A stretch of DNA of 64,000 nucleotides from Hydrogenophaga sp. (GCF_026125825.1 NZ_JAHCKK010000015.1:629-64628); one strand, 5' to 3'; counted from the stretch's first letter, positions 32,414 through 41,613 are shown. Notes: generated from the sequence alone by a model not told the origin. A program made the numbers and translations.

Positions 32414-33688
32414 ATGAACAAGGAAATGTCTGAAGCGCTCACCCGCGTCGGTCCCGGCACGCGCATGGGCAACCTGATGCGCCGCTACTGGGTGCCGGCA
32501 CTGGCATCGAGCGAAATCCCCGAAGCCGACGGGCCGCAGGTGCGCGTGCAACTGCTGGGCGAGAAGCTGCTCGCCTTTCGCAATAGCGATGGCAAGGCTT
32601 GCCTGATCGGCGAATTCTGCTCGCACCGAGGCGTGTCGCTGTACTTCGGCCGCAACGAGCACAACGGCATCCGCTGCGCCTACCACGGCGTGAAGTTCGA
32701 CGGCATGGGGCAATGTGTGGACGTGCCGTCCGCGCCTCAGGCTTGCGCGCGCATGCACATAAAGGGCTACCCTTGCGTGGAGCGCGGTGGCATCGTGTGG
32801 ACCTATATGGGCCCGGCCGATCAGCAGCCCGCACCGCCCGAGCTGGAGTGGTGCACGCTGCCGCCCGAACATGTGTATGTCTCCAAGCGCCTGCAGTACA
32901 GCAACTGGCTGCAGGCCATGGAAGGCGGCATCGACACCGCACACGTCTCTTACGTGCACCGCTACGAGGTGGATACCGACCCGATGCACCAGGGAGTGAA
33001 GGCGCTGGACTACATCAAGGCCGACGGCAACGTGAAGTTCGAGATCGAGCAGACGCCCTTCGGCCTGAGTCTGTTCGGCCGCCGCAACGGCGAACCCGAT
33101 TCGTATTACTGGCGCATCACGCAGTGGCTGTTCCCCTGGTTCACGCTGATCGCGCCGTTTGGCGAGCATGCGCTGGGCGGGCATGTGTGGGTGCCGATCG
33201 ACGACCATAGCTGCTGGGCTTGGAGCATCAACTGGCAGCCTGCCCATCCCCTCACCGACGAAGAACGCACCGCGATGGAAGAAGGTAAGGGCATTCATGT
33301 CGAATACGAAGCGCCCGGCAGCTTCATCCCCAAGCAAAACCGCGACAACGACTACTGCATGGACCGCGTGGCGCAACGCGAAGACCGCTCTTACAGCGGC
33401 GTGTTCGGCTTCTCCGCGCAGGACTATTCGCTGCAGGAAAGCATGGGCACGATCCAGAATCACGAGGCCGAAAAGCTACTGCCCACTGACAAGGCTATCG
33501 TGATGGCGCGCCGCATGTTGCATGAGGCCGCGCTCGGCTTGGCAGATGGCCAGACCCCGCCCGCGCTGGACCCAAGCGCACAGCACGTGCGCCCCGCCGG
33601 AGTGCTGCTGCCCAAGGAACAGGACCCCGTTGCGTGGGCACGCGAGCAGCTCGCCGACGCGACGAAAAAACCGGTCTTCAGCCTTTGA
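32414..33688 (+). CDS. Rieske non-heme iron oxygenase, phthalate-family alpha-only type (isophthalate dioxygenase IphA-like)
   Basis: 424 aa from ATG 32414, preceded by GGAGA. GTG 32381 would precede the predicted transcription start. Rieske CSHRGVSL...CAYHGV, iron site GGIDTAHVSYVH. Confidence 0.88.
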   Translation: MNKEMSEALTRVGPGTRMGNLMRRYWVPALASSEIPEADGPQVRVQLLGEKLLAFRNSDGKACLIGEFCSHRGVSLYFGRNEHNGIRCAYHGVKFDGMGQCVDVPSAPQACARMHIKGYPCVERGGIVWTYMGPADQQPAPPELEWCTLPPEHVYVSKRLQYSNWLQAMEGGIDTAHVSYVHRYEVDTDPMHQGVKALDYIKADGNVKFEIEQTPFGLSLFGRRNGEPDSYYWRITQWLFPWFTLIAPFGEHALGGHVWVPIDDHSCWAWSINWQPAHPLTDEERTAMEEGKGIHVEYEAPGSFIPKQNRDNDYCMDRVAQREDRSYSGVFGFSAQDYSLQESMGTIQNHEAEKLLPTDKAIVMARRMLHEAALGLADGQTPPALDPSAQHVRPAGVLLPKEQDPVAWAREQLADATKKPVFSL

Positions 33689-33734
33689 GCGACTTCACTT
33701 TTCCACCCCACGACAGACAGCACCGGAGACACCT

Positions 33735-34715
33735 ATGAAAACCCACCTGAAACTCGCGGCGGCTGTCGCGCTCGGGGCCTGCGCGGCCACTGCCGCCTGG
33801 GCGCAAGGCGCGTCCGACTGGAAGCCCAGCAAGCCGGTGCGCATCATCGTGCCCATCGTCGGCAGCACCAACGACGTGCTCGCTCGCCTGATCGGGCCGA
33901 AGCTGCAGGAGGCGCTCGGCCAGCCATTTGTGGTCGAGAACAAACCTGGTGCGGGGGGCAACATCGGTGCATACGAGGTGAGCCGCGCCGCGCCGGACGG
34001 CCACACCCTGCTGATCGGCTACAACGGGCCGCTGGCGATCAACGTCACCCTGTTCGACAAGATGCCGTACGACCCCATCAAGGACCTGGCACCCATCACG
34101 CTGGCGGTGAAGTCGCCGCAATACCTGGTGGTGAACCCGGCCACCGGCATCACCGATGTGAAGGACTTCATCGCCAAGGCCAGGGCCAACCCGACCAAGT
34201 ATGCCTACGGCTCGGTGGCCATGGGCAGCGCCTCGCACCTCACCATGGAAATGATGAAGTCGGGGGCGAACTTCCGCATGACGCACATTCCCTACCGCGG
34301 CGCCGGGCCAGCCGTGGCCGATCTGATCGCGGGCAACATCCAGGCCGGCTTCTTCGTGCCCGGCAACGTGCAGGGCTTCGTGAAGGAGGGGCGTCTCAAG
34401 CTGCTGGCCTCCACCGGCCCGAAACGTTTTCCGAGTACACCGGACATCCCGACTCTCAGCGAGTCGGGGCTGAAGGACTTCGAGGCCACCTCGTGGATCG
34501 GTCTGCTCGCGCCGGCCGGCACGCCGCCGGCCATCATCAACCGCTACCACGAGGAGATGGTGCGCATTCTCAACTCGCCCGACATCCAGAAGCGCCTGCA
34601 CGAGATGGAGTTCGAAATCGTCGCGAGCTCGCCCAAGCAGTTCAGCGACTGGATCGGCACCGAGATCGTGCGCTGGGGCAAGGTCATCAAGGACACCGGC
34701 GCCAAGGCGGAGTGA
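33735..34715 (+). CDS. Bug/TctC-family substrate-binding protein
   Basis: 326 aa from ATG 33735. Signal peptide ..AAWAQG, then VRIIVPIVGSTNDVLARL and NKPGAGGNIG. Confidence 0.9.
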   Translation: MKTHLKLAAAVALGACAATAAWAQGASDWKPSKPVRIIVPIVGSTNDVLARLIGPKLQEALGQPFVVENKPGAGGNIGAYEVSRAAPDGHTLLIGYNGPLAINVTLFDKMPYDPIKDLAPITLAVKSPQYLVVNPATGITDVKDFIAKARANPTKYAYGSVAMGSASHLTMEMMKSGANFRMTHIPYRGAGPAVADLIAGNIQAGFFVPGNVQGFVKEGRLKLLASTGPKRFPSTPDIPTLSESGLKDFEATSWIGLLAPAGTPPAIINRYHEEMVRILNSPDIQKRLHEMEFEIVASSPKQFSDWIGTEIVRWGKVIKDTGAKAE

Positions 34716-34721
34716 GCCGAC

Positions 34722-35501
34722 ATGAGCGCACCCCGACTCGCTGAGAAGACCGCGCTGATCACGGGCGGCGGTGCCGGCATTGGCGCCGCGGCGGCCACGC
34801 TGTTCTGTCGCGAAGGCGCGGCCGTGCTGCTGGTGGATGCCGACGCCCAGGCGCTGGAGCGCACCCGCCAAGCCATCGTGCAGGCCCTGCCCGGCGCGCG
34901 CGTGCTGTGCGTGGCGGCCAACGTGGCCGACGAGGTCGCCGCGCGCGCCGCCGTGCAGCAATGCAACGCGCAGCTCGGTGGCCTGGACATCCTGGTAAAC
35001 AACGCCGCCATGCGCAACTACTCGGCCGCCGCCGACGCCACGCCCGCCGAGTGGCAGGCCATGGTGGGCGTGAACCTGGTGGGCATGTCCAACTACTGCG
35101 CCGCGGCCTTGCCGGCGCTGCGGCAATCGGGCGCGGGCAGCATCGTCAACGTCTCGTCGTGTTACGCGGTCACCGGCCGCAAGGGCATGGCGCTGTACGA
35201 CGCGACCAAGGCCGCGCAACTGGCCTACACGCGCAGCCTCGCGTTCGAGGAGTCGTCGCACGGCGTGCGCGCCAACGCGGTGTGCCCCGGTTCCACGCTG
35301 ACGGATTTTCACGTCGGCCGCGCGCAGGGCTCGGGCAAGAGCGTCGAGCAGCTCAGGACCGAGCGCAAGGATACTTCGCTGATCGGGCGCTGGGCCTCGC
35401 CGGAAGAGATTGCCTGGCCCATCGTGTGGCTAGCGTCCAGCGAGGCCTCCTTCATCACCGGGACCACGCTGATGGTCGACGGTGGCTTGCACATCATGTA
35501 G
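34722..35501 (+). CDS. short-chain dehydrogenase/reductase (SDR)
   Basis: 259 aa. Has TGGGAGIG, NNAA, YDATK and ITGTTLMVDGG. Confidence 0.9.
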   Translation: MSAPRLAEKTALITGGGAGIGAAAATLFCREGAAVLLVDADAQALERTRQAIVQALPGARVLCVAANVADEVAARAAVQQCNAQLGGLDILVNNAAMRNYSAAADATPAEWQAMVGVNLVGMSNYCAAALPALRQSGAGSIVNVSSCYAVTGRKGMALYDATKAAQLAYTRSLAFEESSHGVRANAVCPGSTLTDFHVGRAQGSGKSVEQLRTERKDTSLIGRWASPEEIAWPIVWLASSEASFITGTTLMVDGGLHIM

Positions 35502-35545
35502 CTATTGGGGACATGTTCCCCAAGGTTCTTGTCTAGAACTCCGCA

Positions 35546-36517
35546 ATGTCAACATCCAAGCTTTCTGCACTTGTCTACAACATGAGGCTTGAAGCCCCCG
35601 GCGTTGTTAGTGTCGAATTTAGGCCAGCCACACCAGACACTGTCTTCCCACCTCATGCCGCTGGCTCACATATCGACCTTCATCTGGGAAACGGCTTGGT
35701 TCGCAGCTACTCGCTGATGAACCCGATCACCGATAAGCAACGCTACGTGGTGGGCGTTCTCAAGGATCGTCAGAGCCGTGGGGGGTCGAAGTATGTCCAC
35801 GAGAAGGTTCGCGTGGGCGATGTTCTGGACATCTCGGTGCCTCGCAACAATTTTCCGCTGGAAGAACGTGCTCAGCACTCCGTGCTGGTTGCAGGTGGCA
35901 TCGGCATCACACCTATGCTGTGCATGCTCAATCGACTGGCTTCGCTGGGTCGATCTGCCGAGCTGCTCTATTTCGCTCGTTCCCGCCGGGATGCTGCGTT
36001 CTTGCAAGTGCTGGAATCGATGGAGTCAGGCCAGCTCAAAGTGCGGTACCACTTCGATGACGAAGTCGGTGCGTCTCCCGACCTGCCAACACTGCTGGCA
36101 GCGTATCCGGCCGATACCCATTTCTATGGCTGCGGCCCCGGCCCCATGCTGGACGCGTTCCAGAAGGCTTGCGACGGTCTGGGATACACCCACGTGCATC
36201 TGGAACGGTTCGCCGCCGTGGAACCTGTGGGGACGCCGCCCTTCAACGCCAATGGCTGCACCGTAGAACTGCGCCGGAGTCAGAGGATCATTCAAGTGCC
36301 GGCTGGTTCGACCATTCTCGACGCCATGATGGATGCGGGCATCATTCCTAGCTACAGCTGCAAGGAGGGTATCTGCGGTGCCTGCGAAACCAAAGTTCTG
36401 GCTGGCGAGGTGGATCACCGGGACAGCATCCTGACACAGCAAGAGCGAGCAGCCAACAAGTCGATGATGATCTGTGTGTCGGGTTGTCGTTCCAATTTGT
36501 TGGTACTGGATCTCTAA
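35546..36517 (+). CDS. phthalate-dioxygenase-reductase (PDR/VanB)-family oxidoreductase: FMN + NAD domains with C-terminal [2Fe-2S]
   Basis: 323 aa. Has RSYSL flavin motif, GGIGITPM and C-terminal CKEGICGACE. Visibly less GC-rich than the upstream genes. Confidence 0.88.
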   Translation: MSTSKLSALVYNMRLEAPGVVSVEFRPATPDTVFPPHAAGSHIDLHLGNGLVRSYSLMNPITDKQRYVVGVLKDRQSRGGSKYVHEKVRVGDVLDISVPRNNFPLEERAQHSVLVAGGIGITPMLCMLNRLASLGRSAELLYFARSRRDAAFLQVLESMESGQLKVRYHFDDEVGASPDLPTLLAAYPADTHFYGCGPGPMLDAFQKACDGLGYTHVHLERFAAVEPVGTPPFNANGCTVELRRSQRIIQVPAGSTILDAMMDAGIIPSYSCKEGICGACETKVLAGEVDHRDSILTQQERAANKSMMICVSGCRSNLLVLDL

Positions 36518-36576
36518 GACCGGTGTTGTTTGGATAGGTTGCGCGCTTGGCCGGTTTGAACACACCGCCGAGCAGG

Positions 36577-37078
36577 TCACGAAATCGGGTCAACTCCAAC
36601 TCCAACTCCAACTCCAAGGTGCCAGTTGTAGTGGTGATTCCAATGGTCCGACGCAGCGGTGTGCTCGCTGGAGTTCTGGTAAGCGAAGCCATAGACCCAT
36701 TCGCTCAGATCCGACTGGATGAAGCGCTCGACCTTGCCGCTGGTTTGGGACCGCCACGAGCTGGTAATCGGTCACAAATACCCAAATCTTGGCAGGCCTG
36801 TGCGAAGTCTCTTAAGCGGAAGGCCGCTCCGTTGTCGATGAGCGGGAGCTAGATGCGCACACCCAGACTGGCGTAGTAGGCGTGGGCGTTGCACGAGAAC
36901 TGCACCGCGTTGAGCGCCTTCTGGTCGGGGTGGATGTCGATGAACGCGATACGGGCAGGGTCATCAATGGTCAAAAAAGCATCTTCCAGCCCGCTTCATC
37001 AACGCTATCCTTGCATTTGCCCATCCACGGAATTGGGGCCCAACGCGCTCACCAGTCGAGTCGCGTTTGATGCCGGAA
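36577..37078 (-). mobile_element. IS481-family transposase remnant (5'-truncated, in-frame stop, frameshift)
   Basis: Minus-strand reading gives IDDPARIAFIDIHPDQKALNAV...GVRI*, then LPLIDNGAAFRLRDFAQACQDLGI, then a frameshift to QTSGKVERFIQSDLSEWVY...HHYNWH. This is the DDE/rve core C-terminal pattern. The N-terminal third is missing. Confidence 0.7.
36591..36617. repeat. hexanucleotide microsatellite (CAACTC) x4.5
   Basis: caactc caactc caactc caactc caa read directly. Lies inside the 3' end of the transposase remnant and encodes GVGVGVGV on the minus strand. Confidence 0.95.
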
Positions 37079-37081
37079 GCC

Positions 37082-38329
37082 TCATTCTGACACCTCCGCA
37101 TCGGCGAGGAGTGGAACCGCTGCGCCACCAACCAGCAAGGACGCCAGCGCAACTGCATCAAAGCCGCATTCGCGCAGCACCGATTCGGTGTGCTCCCCCA
37201 ATCGCGGCGCGGGCGCCAGCTTGCTGACGTCGTAACCCACCCAGCGCGCTGGCGCGCCAAAGGTACGCATCGCTCCTTCGCTCGGGTGCTCGACCTGACG
37301 GAAGAAGCCCACCGCCGCCAAGTGTGGGTCATCCAACAGTGATTCGACGGTGTTCAGAGGCACCGCCGGCACGTCGATGTCTTCGAACAGCTCCAACCAG
37401 TGCGCGGTGCTTTGCACGCATAGCGTCTGGCCCAGAAAGCCGTACACCTCGTCAATGTGGCGGGTGCGGCTGGCCAAGTCGGCGAAGCGCGGATCGACCC
37501 GCAAATCGTCGCGCTCGATGGCATGCAGAAAACGCTGCCAGTGGCCGTCGTTGTATACCAGCGCGCAGATGTAGCCGTCGCTGGTTTCGTATGGCCGGCG
37601 CCCGGGCGACAACAGCCGCACGTAGCCAGCGTCACCACTGGGCGGCTCGAAGGTGCGCCCATATAGGTGGTCCGAAAGCACCACGCTGGCCATGGTTTCG
37701 AACATCGGCACATCGATGCGGCAGCCGCGTCCGTTGCGCTCGCGCCCGTACAGCGCCATGGCCACGCTGTGCGCTGCATGCAGGCCGACCATGCGGTCGG
37801 CAATCGTCAGCGGCACGTAGCGCGGCTCGCTCGCCCCGCTTTGCTGCTGTAAGGCGGCGATGCCGACCGCGCCCTGGATCAGGTCGTCATAGGCCGGGCG
37901 GCCGGCGTAGGGACCGTCCTCGCCGTAACCGTACACGCCGCACCAGATGATGCGTGGATTGATCATCGAGATGCTCTCGTAGTCCAGCCCGAGCCGGGCG
38001 ATGGAGGCCGGGCGGAGGTTGTGCACGAAGACATCGGCGCCTTCGATCAGGCGCCGCATCGCAGCCGCGCCCTCCGGCGATTTGAGGTCAAGCGCCACGC
38101 TGCGCTTGTTGCGGTTCAGGTGCAGGAACAGCGGACCCATGCCGGGATGGCGTCCGGGGCCGATCCAGCGTGTCGAGTCGCCCTCAGGGGATTCAATCTT
38201 GATCACGTCCGCGCCATGGTCGCCAAAGATCTGGGTGGCGTAGGGCCCCATCAGCACCGCGCTGAGGTCGATCACCCGCACGCCCTCGAGTGGCCCGGCG
38301 GGTGCTGCCTGCTTGTGTTGGCTTGTCAT
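37082..38329 (-). CDS. family III CoA-transferase (CaiB/BaiF type)
   Basis: 415 aa from ATG 38329, preceded by GGAGACA. Has LEGVRVIDLSAVLMGPYATQIFGDHGADVIKIE. Confidence 0.9.
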   Translation of the reverse strand: MTSQHKQAAPAGPLEGVRVIDLSAVLMGPYATQIFGDHGADVIKIESPEGDSTRWIGPGRHPGMGPLFLHLNRNKRSVALDLKSPEGAAAMRRLIEGADVFVHNLRPASIARLGLDYESISMINPRIIWCGVYGYGEDGPYAGRPAYDDLIQGAVGIAALQQQSGASEPRYVPLTIADRMVGLHAAHSVAMALYGRERNGRGCRIDVPMFETMASVVLSDHLYGRTFEPPSGDAGYVRLLSPGRRPYETSDGYICALVYNDGHWQRFLHAIERDDLRVDPRFADLASRTRHIDEVYGFLGQTLCVQSTAHWLELFEDIDVPAVPLNTVESLLDDPHLAAVGFFRQVEHPSEGAMRTFGAPARWVGYDVSKLAPAPRLGEHTESVLRECGFDAVALASLLVGGAAVPLLADAEVSE

Positions 38330-38393
38330 CTGTGTCTCCTCTGATTTCTCGATGCCAGGCTGCCTCAGCGCCGAGTGCTGAGGAAAAACCGGA

Positions 38394-38422
38394 TTGACGG
38401 CCGTCCATCCTAACGATATTCT
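38394..38422 (+). promoter_or_regulatory. candidate sigma70 promoter for the IclR/crotonase/PrpD-family operon
   Basis: TTGACG (38394-38399), a 17-nt spacer, then TATTCT (38417-38422). Followed by the inverted repeat TTCTGAT-N20-ATCAGAA and a strong AAGGAGG before ATG 38473. Confidence 0.35.
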
Positions 38423-38472
38423 GATTACCAAACAAATGTTCCCATATCAGAACACAAGGAGGCTTCGATTCT

Positions 38473-39348
38473 ATGAACATGCCCACGGCCAGCTTGCGCG
38501 AATGCACAGGCATCAATACCCGCGCGGAGGCTTCTCCCATGGCCGTGACCCGCGTGCTGCGGCTGCTGCGGATACTGGCCGACCGCCCTGCTGGCTTGGC
38601 CCTGACCCCGTTGTGCTTGGCGTTGAATGCACCAAAAACCAGCGTACTCTCGCTGTTGCGCGGCCTCACGGCGCATGGCTACCTGCAGCGCAGCAATGAC
38701 CTGTATGAACTGGGCCCCGAGGCGTTCTCACTAGGGGCATCTCTGGTGTCGGCCCGCTCGCTCGACGTTGTGGCCCTGCCCTTCCTGCGGGAGGCAGTGG
38801 CGCGATCCGGCGAGACCGCCCTGATCGCCAGAATCGACCGCACCGCAGATCGGCTCGTCTACAACCCGATCTTCGAGAGCACCCGGACGATTCGATACGC
38901 CGTGCCAGTCGGCACGACACGGCCGCTGTTTGCCTCGTCCGCCGGGCGCGTGCTGCTCGCGTTCCAGGAAGAGGCATGGCGGCGTGACTACCTGCGCCGG
39001 GCCGATCTGCGGGCCATGACCGAGCACTCGGTCACCGACCCGGCGCAACTGGCGCGGATCATCGAGGAAGCCCGGGTGAGAGGGGTGGCGGTCACATTCG
39101 GAGAAGTGACACCTGACGTTGCCGGCTTTTCGGCCCCGATCTTCGAACCTGACGGGCGCGTGAACGCAGCGCTGATCATCGCCGCGCCGATCGAGCGCGG
39201 TCGCGCCGTCGCCGATGCGCTGCAGCACCTGGTGATGGAACTCGCCGCAAGCATCTCGGGGGCACTCGGCTACCGTGCGGGACCGGAATCGCGTGAGGTG
39301 GCAACGAATCAAGCCAGACCAATGCCCCAGACCCGCCGCTCGCGGTAA
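38473..39348 (+). CDS. IclR-family transcriptional regulator
   Basis: 291 aa. AAGGAGG lies 9 nt upstream. Has VTRVLRLLRILA, an HTH and an IclR effector domain. Confidence 0.9.
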   Translation: MNMPTASLRECTGINTRAEASPMAVTRVLRLLRILADRPAGLALTPLCLALNAPKTSVLSLLRGLTAHGYLQRSNDLYELGPEAFSLGASLVSARSLDVVALPFLREAVARSGETALIARIDRTADRLVYNPIFESTRTIRYAVPVGTTRPLFASSAGRVLLAFQEEAWRRDYLRRADLRAMTEHSVTDPAQLARIIEEARVRGVAVTFGEVTPDVAGFSAPIFEPDGRVNAALIIAAPIERGRAVADALQHLVMELAASISGALGYRAGPESREVATNQARPMPQTRRSR

Positions 39349-39378
39349 CAGGCACAAACTTCAAAAGGAGACACCCCC

Positions 39379-40140
39379 ATGAACAATGAACTGCTTTACG
39401 AAGTGAACGACGGCATTGCCGTCATCACCATCAACCGGCCCGAGCGCCGCAATGCGCTGAATCGCGCCGTGCGCGAAGGCTTTTTTGAGGTCTGGCGCCG
39501 CTTCGAAGCTGACGGGCAGGCGCAGGTGGCCATCCTCACCGGCGCCGGTGACAATTTCTGCGCCGGCATGGACCTGGTGGAAGCCGCAGACACTCAACTG
39601 CGCATCCCGCCAGCGGGCTTCATCGCCGTGCTCGGCGACAACATCGAGGTCACCAAGCCCGTCATCGCTGCCGTGCAGGGCTATGCCTATGCAGGCGGTT
39701 GGCTGCTCTCGCAGATGTGCGACCTGTGCGTGGCCGACGAAACCGCCAAATTCGCCATCACGGAGGCCAAGGTCGGGCGCGGCATGCCGTGGGCCTCGCC
39801 GGTCATCCACATGCTGCCGCAGCGCATTCTGATGGAAGTCGCGATGACCGGCGACCCGCTGACAGCGCAGCGCGCCTACGAACTCGGCTACATCAACCGC
39901 CTGATGCCCAAGGGGCAAGCATTGCAAGGGGCCAAAGAGCTGGCGACCCGGCTCATGGCCAATGCGCCACTGACGGTGCGCGCGGCCAAAGAAATGGTGC
40001 GCCTGTCCACCGAGATGGGCCGCACCGCCGCGCTGCGCGCCTCCAACCGAGCGTTTGATGCCGTCTACCTCAGTGAAGATGCCCTGGAAGGCCCGCAATC
40101 TTTCCGGGAAAAGCGCAAACCGGTCTGGAAGGGGCACTGA
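39379..40140 (+). CDS. enoyl-CoA hydratase/isomerase family protein
   Basis: 253 aa. Has IAVITINRPERRNAL, FCAGMDL and C-terminal EDALEGPQSFREKRKPVW. Confidence 0.9.
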   Translation: MNNELLYEVNDGIAVITINRPERRNALNRAVREGFFEVWRRFEADGQAQVAILTGAGDNFCAGMDLVEAADTQLRIPPAGFIAVLGDNIEVTKPVIAAVQGYAYAGGWLLSQMCDLCVADETAKFAITEAKVGRGMPWASPVIHMLPQRILMEVAMTGDPLTAQRAYELGYINRLMPKGQALQGAKELATRLMANAPLTVRAAKEMVRLSTEMGRTAALRASNRAFDAVYLSEDALEGPQSFREKRKPVWKGH

Positions 40141-40141
40141 A

Positions 40142-41554
40142 ATGAGCATGACCACAACCAGAAAACCCGCACCGTCGTCCGCTATCCAAATCGCTGACAT
40201 CACGCGGGAACTGGCCGCGCGCTGCGCTGCCCTGTGCTACACCGATCTCCCGGAGGACGTGCGCCTGCGGGTCCGGCAATGCCTGCTCGACTGGATCGGG
40301 GTGACGCTGGCTGGCGCGTGCGAGCCACTGGTTCACATGCTGGCCGAAGAAGCCCGTGAACAGGGTGGGCATGCCCAGGCCACCGTCGTCGGGCACGCCA
40401 TGACGACCTCCAGCCGGCAGGCGGCATTGATCAATGGCTCGGCCTCGCACGCACTCGACTATGACGACGTCAACATGGCCTGCACCGGCCACCCCTCGGT
40501 GGTCCTGATCCCGGCCTTGCTCGCCCTGGCCGAATCGCGCGGCGCCAGCGGACGCGACTTCATGACGGCCTTCGCCGCCGGCTACGAAACCATGTGCCAG
40601 TTGGGGTTGGTGTGCGGCGACGCACAGTATTCCAACGGCTTCCACACCACAGCCACGCTAGGCACGCTCGGTGCGGCCGCCGCCTGCGCACGCTTGCTGC
40701 AACTCGATGCCGACGACACCGCGACCGCGCTGGGCATCGCCAGCACCATGGCGGCTGGGCTGAAATCGATGTTCGGCACCATGTGCAAACCCTTGCATGC
40801 CGGGCGGGCCAGTGCCGACGGCCTGCAGGCGGCCCAGTTGGCCGCACGCGGCTTCACCAGCCGTGCCGATGCGATTGAATGTCCGCAAGGCCTCATCGCC
40901 ACGCACGGTGGCACCGCATCGCTGGGAGCTGCGGTGGCCACGCCGAACGGCGGCTGGCATCTGCGCCACAACCTGTTCAAGTTCCACGCCGCCTGTTATG
41001 GCACACATGCCGCCATTGAGGCCGCGAGCCACTTGCGCCTGCAACACGCACTGCGGGTTGATGACGTGTGCCGCGTGACGGTGCGTGCCAGTTCCGCCTG
41101 CGAGGGTGTATGCAACATCGCGGAGCCGCGCACCGGGCTGGAGGCCAAGTTCAGTCTCCGTCACACGGTGGCGATGGCGCTGGCCGGGGTCGACACCGCC
41201 GGATTGGACGCGTTCAGTGACGAAGCCGTATACGCGCCCGAGGTGGTGGCGCTGCGTGATCGGGTGCAGGTTTTGCTCGCACCTCAATGCCCGGATCTCA
41301 CCCTCAGCGAGGTGGTGATCGAGACTCAGAGCGGCACAGTGCTGCGCCAACGCTACGACAGTGGGCGCCCAGCCAGCGACCTGCTGGAGCAGCAGCAGCG
41401 CCTGGAGGAAAAGTTTCGCCGGCTGGTCAAGTCTGTGCTCATACCTGACGAGTGCGACGAGCTGATAGACCTGGTGGCACGGCTCGACGAACTGACCGAC
41501 CTCTCGCCGCTGGCAGGCATGCTGGCTCGCCAAGCGTGCTCTGATCGACACTAA
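40142..41554 (+). CDS. MmgE/PrpD-family protein
   Basis: 470 aa from ATG 40142, 1 nt after the preceding stop. Typical LLDWIGVTLAG, ALDYDD and FHTTATLG blocks. Confidence 0.85.
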   Translation: MSMTTTRKPAPSSAIQIADITRELAARCAALCYTDLPEDVRLRVRQCLLDWIGVTLAGACEPLVHMLAEEAREQGGHAQATVVGHAMTTSSRQAALINGSASHALDYDDVNMACTGHPSVVLIPALLALAESRGASGRDFMTAFAAGYETMCQLGLVCGDAQYSNGFHTTATLGTLGAAAACARLLQLDADDTATALGIASTMAAGLKSMFGTMCKPLHAGRASADGLQAAQLAARGFTSRADAIECPQGLIATHGGTASLGAAVATPNGGWHLRHNLFKFHAACYGTHAAIEAASHLRLQHALRVDDVCRVTVRASSACEGVCNIAEPRTGLEAKFSLRHTVAMALAGVDTAGLDAFSDEAVYAPEVVALRDRVQVLLAPQCPDLTLSEVVIETQSGTVLRQRYDSGRPASDLLEQQQRLEEKFRRLVKSVLIPDECDELIDLVARLDELTDLSPLAGMLARQACSDRH

Positions 41555-41613
41555 CAGCGTTTATTGGTGCGGGCAGGCTGGCGGGCAGAAAAAAAAGAGA
41601 CGTGCAATACCCC

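Noticed and set aside
36591-36617. Tandem hexamer repeat as a CRISPR-like or regulatory array
   Set aside because: Units are only 6 nt long, have no spacers, and sit inside a transposase pseudogene. It is a simple microsatellite.
41561-41600. GCGGGCAG-GCTG-GCGGGCAG followed by A8 as a bidirectional terminator between convergent genes
   Set aside because: The two GC-rich segments are direct repeats, not inverted, so no stable hairpin can form.
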